Part shown: piece by piece, positions 38,901-64,000 of the stretch
How positions within the stretch are numbered: position 1 is the stretch's first letter
Layout of the letters: each line of letters opens with the position of its first letter
Source: Tubiluchus corallicola
Taxonomy: Eukaryota; Animalia; Priapulida
Length of the DNA: 64,000 nucleotides
NCBI GenBank assembly: GCA_030141605.1
Contig: JAQGDQ010000282.1
Coordinates: 62,001-126,000 of the forward strand
Reading direction: 5' to 3'
The notes under the pieces: model-generated
The model's database searches: none
What the model was told of the DNA's origin: nothing
What the model saw: the letters and a program-made list of their open reading frames with translations, nothing else
Translations under genes and position numbers: made by a program

Positions 38901-41900
38901 TTAAGTGTTTTGGTTTTTTCAAGTTTTAGATAATTCAAAATGATATTTATTTTCCAATGAATTCGAGGTAGACAGGCTCGCCTTCTATGGATACTGTTCT
39001 GTGTATAAATAGAAGGTTTCTCCTGTTGGTAGCCTATCATTAATACTGTTTCAATTTTAGATTGCACGAGATGTTGAAATTGATGCAAAGTGGAAACACT
39101 GTGCATTGTCGCAAGAGGCACTTCGTCCACCAATAATGGCATGCGAATTGGGAAGGTAAGGAAATTTAATGTTAAAATTTGTGGTGTAGTATTTGAAAAT
39201 GTTTTAATAGGTTTGCCGTCTATTTCGAAAGTACAGTAAATCCTCGCTTAACGACTCGTAAATCTTGTTTAGCGACATTTCGTTTTAACGACGCTGCTTA
39301 GTTGACATCTTATTTTCACTTAACGATGCACATTTTGCTTTGACAACAGTTTTTTTTACTTTGCGCAAGGCAAATTTTTATTTTATTATCAAAAGTTTTA
39401 CATAATTTGGTGTATTAAAACAGCACATATTACGTTATTCTGTTCTAAAAATGCACTAGTAAGTGTAACATAAACAGTGCAATTATTATATATGTTTTTG
39501 CTTCTCGTCTGACTACTGACACTACTGTTGTATTACTAGCGGTTTGTGTCAACTATTAAGTGACCAGCGAGCAAATTTTGTGCAAGGAATTTTGAACGCA
39601 ACCTGTTGCTGTATTAATCAAACTAAGTATGTAGAGAAAATTACCAAGGTCGCCCCAGGACTTGGCTTTGACTCTGCAGGGTTTATTGTTTAATTGTTGA
39701 CTAGGCTTAAACATTAACAAAAGAGAAACGGCTATAGCAGGTATTGGTAAGTAAAATATATAGGTGGTTTTAGGCAAGCAGGAGGACATTAATCAAGAGA
39801 AATATGAATAAAACTCATAGAATGTTTAACTTATTTAACTTATATGATTTAAGCAGTATTGATTTTTGTCGTTGGAACGTATCTAAATTCTTTTACCTTA
39901 CTTTCTATGGAAGTCTTGGCTTCGTTTAACGACATTTCGCTAAACATTGCATTTTGCTGAATAGCATTAACGTCATTAAGCGAGGATTTACTGTACTGTT
40001 AAAACGAAGATTATAGATGGCATCATGAATGTCATAATAAAAAGAATTACGTTTTTATTCACTAATAAACAGATGTTTTGTAGCCCATTGTGGGCTGCTT
40101 CCTCAATCATTGAATAATCTTAGTGCAATTCAGTAGATAGATAGTTTACAACATGTTTACATCAGTTAATTTGTAATTTGTTTCTTTACTTCATCATTGT
40201 CATATAATGGTTGTGAAAGTTTCTGTAATAGCAATACCGGTCATAAGAAAAGTATTTTTCTGTATTTTGCATTTTGAGGAGTGTCGCATATTGCTAATGT
40301 TTACACTGAGGAAGCATATCCAATTAAGAAGATTGCATTACATTGGACATGCACTAAGACTACCTCAAGATCTGCTCTTCGTATAGCATTACGTAAAGCT
40401 GTTTAAATGACAAAAAAATCGAGAGGGGTCAGTTACTGATGTATACAGATATACTGCAAAGAGATTTAGTAAATGGAACTCTAGATTTGTAGGAGGATGG
40501 GCGATGGTGGGAGGTAAGAGTGCGTGACATCAACAGGTGCCATGTTTTACAACACAGTAATTGTTACAATACGGGGAGTCCCAGACTTTGTAGCATGTAG
40601 ACAACTGTGTTATGCTTGCACGACCTAGTCTGTGTTATGAAATTTGTTGTGGTTAATGTTACTTTAAAAGTTTTAAGGTTTAAATTCTACTTCCCAGTTT
40701 TTGTTTAAAACTGTTAAAATTATGCCGAATAATGAGTAAAAATATGTGTTACACTATTTTCTAGGCTTTACAATAAGGAATCTGTACTAGAGTATTTACT
40801 CGATAAGTCCATTTACGATAGCGCAGCCCACATCCGCACTCTCAAAGATGTGCATACATTAAACCTGACAGAAAATCCTGCTTTCAAAGAAGATGGACCT
40901 GATAAAGGAGATGCTTACATAGACAGACAGATGGCTAAATATATTTGTCCAGTTGTTGGGCTTGAAATGAATGGTAGATATAGGTAAGTGCACTTAAACT
41001 AATTCTTCCCATGTGACATCATCGGTACATCAAATCATCATAAGATGGCATTTCCTGCAATAACTTGCTTTGCTAATAATTCAGTATGTAACATAGTTTA
41101 AACTTTAAATGTTGAATTAATTAACCATCTATCATATGTTTTCAGCCTTGTTAAATGAACTCATCATTAATTTTTTGTCTGCTTATTGGTCTTACTTCTG
41201 TTAATTATTATTATATTTTATTTAGGTTTGTTTACTTATTAAAATGTGGATGCGTGCTTTCTGAAAGAGCTTTGAAAGAACTTCAAAATGAAAGCTGTGC
41301 AAAGGTAATAGTTTACTTATTTTAACTAATGCTCTATCGACATTTCTAGTGAAACTTTTAAACTTTCTTGTGTAAAGGTCGAATGGTTTGTGTATTTCTT
41401 TTACAGCTAAATTTGTCAATCAAGTTGTATGAAAATAGCTTTGGTAAACACGAAAATATTTAATGGGTTGTTCTGTCTGGTGAATTTCAGCTCTTCTTTA
41501 GTCACCATAAATGACTAACTAGTGAATATGTCCTAGTCGTTGTCATCTTCAGATCACATTTGCACATAATCATTGATGCAGTACTTGAAAACCGATTGAT
41601 CTAGAAATCTATTTGATTCGCCATTCACATAGTGCCATCATCATTTAGGTATTTTACATGACATCACAAGGAAAAAAACTGAACACTGATTCCTTGACAA
41701 AATCAGAAATGTTTTCCTAAGCCCTGGACTACATTGGGTCTGATGTGAAAAACAGCCAATGATTCATTTCTTTAGTCGATTTCAGGATTAATATAAATTT
41801 TGTAACTACTTCTTGAGTAGCATACATAGGTATTATCTAAATTTAATTATAATTATTTAGCAGTACTCATGCTTGGCATGGCAGCCTATATGCAGTTTCT

Positions 41901-44452
41901 TGCTGTTGATTTAGTGTGGGACATGGTTTACAAAAGATGATGTGATTGTTATTAATGGTACTGATGATGATGTTGACAATCTTCGAGCCTGCATGGAGTC
42001 CAGGCAGTTATTAGCTAAACAAAAGCGAAAAGCAAAAAAGAAGAAACTTGATAATAATACTTCTGGTTTGTATTTTATTGCTCTAGTGATTTACATTATT
42101 TAATTTTCAACAAGACAGTGCCTTCTTGGTTTTTGCAGAGAATATGATTAGCGTTGCTTAACTTGCATAAATTTCCAGTCATATTACTTTTTACTAATTT
42201 TACAGTTACAACCCAATCTATAGTGTACTAAGAACGTCATTCCATACTAAAGTCTGCCATTGTAAGGCCTGCATTGCTGTAAGGTTGAGGTATGTGTCTT
42301 TCATACAAGCCGAATAGAAAACAGAAAAACCACTTTGTGTGGAGATGCCTACTGATTATTTTTCTTGATGAAATTTTGCAGCTAACCAATCTAGAGGTTG
42401 TATTTTTTATTGTGCAATGGATGGTGCTTGTATTGTTCACCCTACACAGTATGTGTAACGAAACGGTTTTTTAATAATTTTTTCCCAATTTATTGATAGT
42501 CATTAATTAAAGAACGGCCCATGTAAATAAAAATGTACATTAGGCTTTCAGCAAAGATTAAATTTCCCAAACCAAATCGAATTCGAATATTTGATTTGCA
42601 TAATTTTCAATACCAGATTGAAGCCGAGTCTTGTAACTGAACTTCAGTCGAGTTTTTCATCTTACAATCACTGCAGTGTTGGTTGCAGTGGGTGTTAATA
42701 GTTTTGTTGAAACATAATGGTCTTGCTAAACTTAGTAAAATTTCTTAGTACAGATTTAGTTTTTGGCTTAGTTTTGTTCAACTTGCTTTGATCTTTATTT
42801 ATTGATGCCTATAAAATGTTGCTATTACTATGCAAAGTGTGCATGGTACTATGTAAAGAGAATGACAGAGTGTTTTATGACTGCACTTTCTTAATTTAAA
42901 TTGAATGAATACTGAAATTTTAGAGTAAAAAGGAAATTAAATGCAATACATGTTAAAATGTTGTCTGTGTTTGGAAGCACAGTAACTGAAATCTTGCGTA
43001 ACTTTTGTCACAGTTGGGAATAGCATCAGCCTGCATAACTTTTACAGAAATTTGTAATCTCGTTTAAAGGTAGTGTCAACATAGCGAAATGCACTTCACA
43101 AAATTTAGCTTTTATTAGGGATTAAAAACTGGTAAGGAGGAAAATTACATAAGTTTTAGAGTACAGCGCTGGTTGGCAGCGGATTTGCTTCTTAAGCCGA
43201 GTGAACACGAACTATTCATTGTGATAAGTGCTTCGCATTTTTGCCACGCCAAATCGGATCCAAAGCACTTAAAGTAAAGCCAGGCCTCGTCCGAATCAAA
43301 GTTGGTACTTGGATTTGGAAACCGAAGTTAAGGACATGAGAAGCTTCATCCCATCCCTAATGTACAAGTTATAAATACTTTACTAAAATGAACTTTAAAA
43401 GCAGACAGAGTATAAAAACCGTAGATTTATTAAATGCTGTGAAAAACACCGGAATATTCCCAATCATGATTTAACGCCTAGATGGTGTCATCATCACTAG
43501 TATGAACTTTAGAATAAGACAGCTTTATACTAAGTTCACCTTTATTATTCATCTTTATTAAACGCGTTAAGATAATTACAAAATCTGTCTTACTACCTAT
43601 GCTGTGCTGTACACTCTAAAACAAACCAGCTTGTCATCAGCTACTTACTTATTAATGTGTAATTATTCTTAGGTATGGACCGGGTTTGGACTTTTAAGTC
43701 TAAAATCTGTAATTCTCTGTGTCCGGATCCAATCTGAGTCCTTTGAGAAAAGACTGGTATTCACCAGATTTTTGACTATAGAAGAAAGCCAGATAGATAT
43801 AGCTTTTTTGTATTATGATTAGCATGACCAGTGGCTACTCACTAAACATTACTTTTTGTTACATTAAAGTTTGCAGTTTTGGGTCTGCACATTAATTACA
43901 TTTTTAGTTCTCGAAGGTTAATATAATATAATAAGTGTATAGTATAGTATAGTTAATATAATATAGCCATTCTACATATGTATATTTATAAGATGCTATA
44001 GCTGCACCAAGTCAAGCAAATAGGGTCTCACATCTAGGTGGTTTGGGGGAAATATGTCCGGCTCTTGTTTTGTTCTTGCAACGACAATCTGGATCCCCTT
44101 CGGATCCGGTAACTGCCGCGAACCTGGTGCATACTTAGCTGTTATACGGAAAACAATATTTATTTTTTTTGGTTTTAGAAAATGTTAACTGAAGTTGTGT
44201 TTTTCAGATGCTGAGTTTGTAGTTAGTAAAAAACAACTGAAGTTATCTGCTCCGTCAACTTCTTCATCATCAAATGGAGTCACTGCATCACAAGTTGAAT
44301 TAAATAGTACACCATCAACCAGTAAATCAAGCAAATCTATAGCCCATGATCCCAATGCTAGTAAGACGTATAAATCGCTGTTTACTTCTAGTGATAAGGC
44401 AAAAAATCAACAACAAGCTCACTGGATTACGTACAATCCATTTTATAACTGA
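35973..44452 (+). CDS. RTF2: Replication termination factor 2 (Rtf2/C20orf43). Exons 35973-36041, 39061-39155, 40765-40983, 41226-41304, 41915-42065, 44208-44452
   Basis: MGCDGGTIPKRDELVRTKKKPEQ; WKHCALSQEALRPPIMACELGRLYNKESVLEYLL; YICPVVGLEMNGRYRFVYLLKCGCVLSERALKE; DDVIVING; YKSLFTS...AHWITYNPFYN*. All junctions GT-AG and in phase. Confidence 0.97.
36080..37590 (-). mobile_element. Degenerate LTR-like non-autonomous element in RTF2 intron 1
   Basis: Diverged direct repeats ~36130-36321 and ~37390-37590. On the minus strand the polypurine tract AAAAGGAAGAAGGAG directly precedes TGTAAG at 36321, and each repeat has AATAAA. No TSD or PBS identified. Confidence 0.55.
37630..38110. mobile_element. 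Unclassified GC-richer interspersed repeat (probable non-autonomous DNA element)
   Basis: Abrupt compositional shift in an intron, no coding signal, adjacent simple repeats at 38190-38330. Confidence 0.35.
39234..39993. mobile_element. pogo/Tigger-like MITE in RTF2 intron 2
   Basis: 22-bp TIRs CAGTAAATCCTCGCTTAA(C/T)GAC with 1 mismatch, TA target duplication on both sides, subterminal ttaacgac/cgacatttcg repeats. Confidence 0.88.
40300..40540 (+). mobile_element. RTE-clade LINE 3' fragment
   Basis: Degenerate RRLHYIGHALRLPQD...IAL...KKSRG, typical of the RTE ORF C-terminus. Confidence 0.6.
42150..42480 (+). mobile_element. RTE-like LINE RT C-terminal fragment (decayed)
   Basis: VRPALL*G* (cf. 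VRPxLLYGxE), FVWRCLLII, LTNLEV with in-frame stops. Confidence 0.55.
43670..44137. mobile_element. Degenerate hAT-like MITE
   Basis: Imperfect TIRs taggtatggaccggg / cctggtgcatactta with subterminal ggatccgg repeats; related ccgaatc-rich fragments at ~9885-9980, ~42560-42660 and ~43250-43360. Confidence 0.45.
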
Positions 44453-45004
44453 ATAACATTTTTTTTGTAAAAAGCTGTATATGTATCATTGTATGTACAT
44501 TGCAACAAAACAAAACATTGATTGTTTTGCACCGTATTTGATATCTCATTGATTTGACTCTTGATTTTGCTAATATTATTTAAATGAACAGTTGATTATC
44601 TCACATTCCGCTGCATTTTCTTTGGCTTGTCTTGAAGTGATAAATAAATAAATATAAGAACTTACTATACATGTAGTTTTTGCTTTAAAAGTCTCGAAAT
44701 TTTTAGCATTGACCTTGTCTGATGAACATTGTATATTGCTACCTATTGACAATATTTTGAGTTAAAATTGGTGATATCTTTAAGCGAGATTTCTCAGTTT
44801 TGCAATATAGTAGGTTTGCAATCTTTTGTCTTTATTTTTTATTATACTAACATTATATGTAAAATATTTACATAACTAACATATATAATATACAATATAT
44901 ACAATATATATTATATACAATATATAATATATGTTATTGTACAATACACAGTATGTGTGTGTTCATGCACGCACCATGCATCCACACAGTTTGAAAAGCT
45001 TGGT

Positions 45005-61603
<16,599 letters not shown>

Positions 61604-64000
61604 AAGGATTTCTAACAACAACTACAAAATTGAAGTCTTTATTATTTCTCTCTTGATGACACAAATTCAAACAAAACACATTTTCTTCGTTTTTTCCACT
61701 GCCTTAACCTAAACTGCACTTTAGCGTATGTCGGCGTAGCGTGTGAGAAACTACTTTATGAACCAGTAACGTGCCAGAACGAACTGGTTGATCAAACTAC
61801 AAATGTATGTAGAGTAGAAATACACACACGTAAAGATTATGGGGCCAAAGATAATCAATTATGTTCTTAGGACAAATCATACATGCGCTATCAGTAAATC
61901 ACAGCCAGCAATATCGCTTCTGTGTTTTCATAGCAATTTTACATTGAATTCAAGAGTAAACTTAAGTAATGCCATTTGTTGCACTGCTTGGGTTGTTGGG
62001 TTTAGTTTATTATAACACATCTGCCTGGGTGAGATTACACCACAACAAAAAGGGAGAAAATGGTATAGGCCTACAATAAGCCTTAAATGACAAACAAACA
62101 AATCATTAGGGGTTGCTCTAAGCTTTAGAAAAACCATTCGGCAAACAGGAAGCCCGAATCCAGCGATCAAAGGCAGTACTAGTGACTCAACGCCAAGTTT
62201 GTAGCTGTTTTAATATCAAAAATATCTCTCTAATGTGAATCACTAACCGGCCTCTTAACGTGTTCGGTTGTATATTTACACATAATTCCTCTACCACGTA
62301 AATAGACGAACTATTTTAAGTGAATAATGTTCCATATAAAAAAACGCCATTATCAAGAAAAGGATGCACAACAAGTTGCACTACAAGTTTAGAAAAATGT
62401 TGATTGTTAGGTATGACACAATATCAATGCAATTTGAGTACCAAAGACGGCCAAATCTAGCTGTTAATATTGAAACTCTTAACGAGAAAATTATTATTGT
62501 TATACTCACTTTTACGCTCATTGAAAAATATGAGTTCATGTAATTAAACGAGATAAAATTTACACTAGAAATTTCACAATTATATCACATTACCCGTATG
62601 TTACACGACACAAATATACTGAATTACACTACATTACCTTATATTACTTTATGTAATATACAATTTACATTATATAAAAAACATAAAACTATAATTACTA
62701 TAGCCGCATGTATTTACTATATTATTAAAAATGTTTAATAATATTAAAATTATTAAAAGTCTTAAGCTATGAACATTTTATATAAAGATTTACTGACGGA
62801 AAATGTCAGTTTAAACATTTTTCGCTGCAAGACCTTACAGTCAATAAACTGAACTTTAAGCATAAAAAATTACAAAGCATTGGATGTTGCTAAGTTTTGA
62901 TTGGTTGAAGTTCAGCTGCTTCCGTTGTCTGCTTGTGTGGTAGAAACGTTTTAGGTGGCGTCGGTTTTGGCCATTTATGTATATGCCCCTTCCAGCTAGA
63001 AAAGCAAATTTGAATTTGTTGAACTAGCCATATGTATAGCCGTAAGGCAACTCTGTAACAGAGTGTATTCACAATGTTAACAGTGAAAACTGTAATTATC
63101 AAAGTATTAGTGATCGAGTCTAAATCAAAAACATGTAGCCCATAGTACCAAGTTAATACTGACTTTTCATATCAGCAGCCCTTTCAGGTTGGACAGACGG
63201 ACATCACGGGACACGGCACTAGATCCTTTCGATTAAGCTAACTATGCTGGAGCCTAAGGACGTCAGATTTTAGAGGCCCAATGTTAAGAATTTCTTATTC
63301 TTCTCGAAAAATCCATATGGTTTCATATTCATTTAAACTCGCGTATTTTATAACGTACTACAAGCAATTACAGAATCTATTTTTATATAATTGCCACAAA
63401 ACAAACAAGTATAATGATTACAGCACTAAAAGTACTACGCCACATGCAGTTGTGCAGTTTACACCTACTCCTACAAGAAGCACCACTTATACAAACGAAA
63501 AAGCAAGTAAAGGCTATCCATAGCTGGCTTTACTTGTGCCCAAATGACTTTACCTTTTCTGAATAGCGCCACGAAATTTGCAAATTCCTTGTGGGACTTT
63601 CAAGAAAAATTTTCAAACTTTTTTTGGGGTGAGACTCCAAAATCCCATTTTTAAAACGCAATTACACCTACAAAAAGCGCCCCTAACCGAACAACAACAA
63701 CAAAAAAAAACAAGTAAAGTACTGTGTAGTACCTTGTTAGATTGACAATTGATCGGACTATTATATGTGGCGTTTCTGCCTTGAGTAGCATATTGGGTAA
63801 AATCGTGGTAAATTCCAGCAAAGTTAGGACTTTGAAGTCCTAATGGCTTCTCGGCCTAGTAAAGCAAGGACGTCTTTATCTCGAGTGTTAGCCACGTGAT
63901 TCCGGAAGGCTTTTTCAAGAAATATGGCTTCATAAATTAGGCATTTTGACACCTTCGTCTCATATCAAAGGAAACATCCCGTTTTACGCAATTTGGCGAA

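Overview
AT-rich invertebrate (metazoan) genomic DNA with spliceosomal introns; not prokaryotic, and no rRNA, tRNA or CRISPR was seen. Genes were reconstructed by hand from phase-consistent splice sites. (1) The 3' part of a plasma-membrane-type Na+/H+ exchanger (SLC9A/NHE2-3-like, + strand, 11 exons, 3127-20907). (2) Nested antisense in one of its introns, a secreted His/Asn/Asp-rich repeat protein with a Cys-free mature chain, whose signal-peptide exon, 5'UTR exon and TATA box are missed by the ORF track. (3) An intronless GT10 alpha-1,3-fucosyltransferase (-). (4) An intronless 696-aa ORF carrying the two conserved blocks of the meiotic crossover factor PRR19 (-), head-to-head with (5) RTF2 (+, 6 exons). 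(6) An 11-exon SLC22/Orct-like transporter (-) with one GC-AG intron, hosting (7) an antisense intronless C9orf43/DUF4647-like gene. Introns carry Tc1/mariner and pogo-like derivatives, CR1/RTE/L2-type LINE remnants, a degenerate LTR-like element with a hammerhead-like core, and simple repeats; a ~119-bp-arm foldback lies between FucT and the PRR19-like gene. All family assignments come from motif recognition, not database searches.
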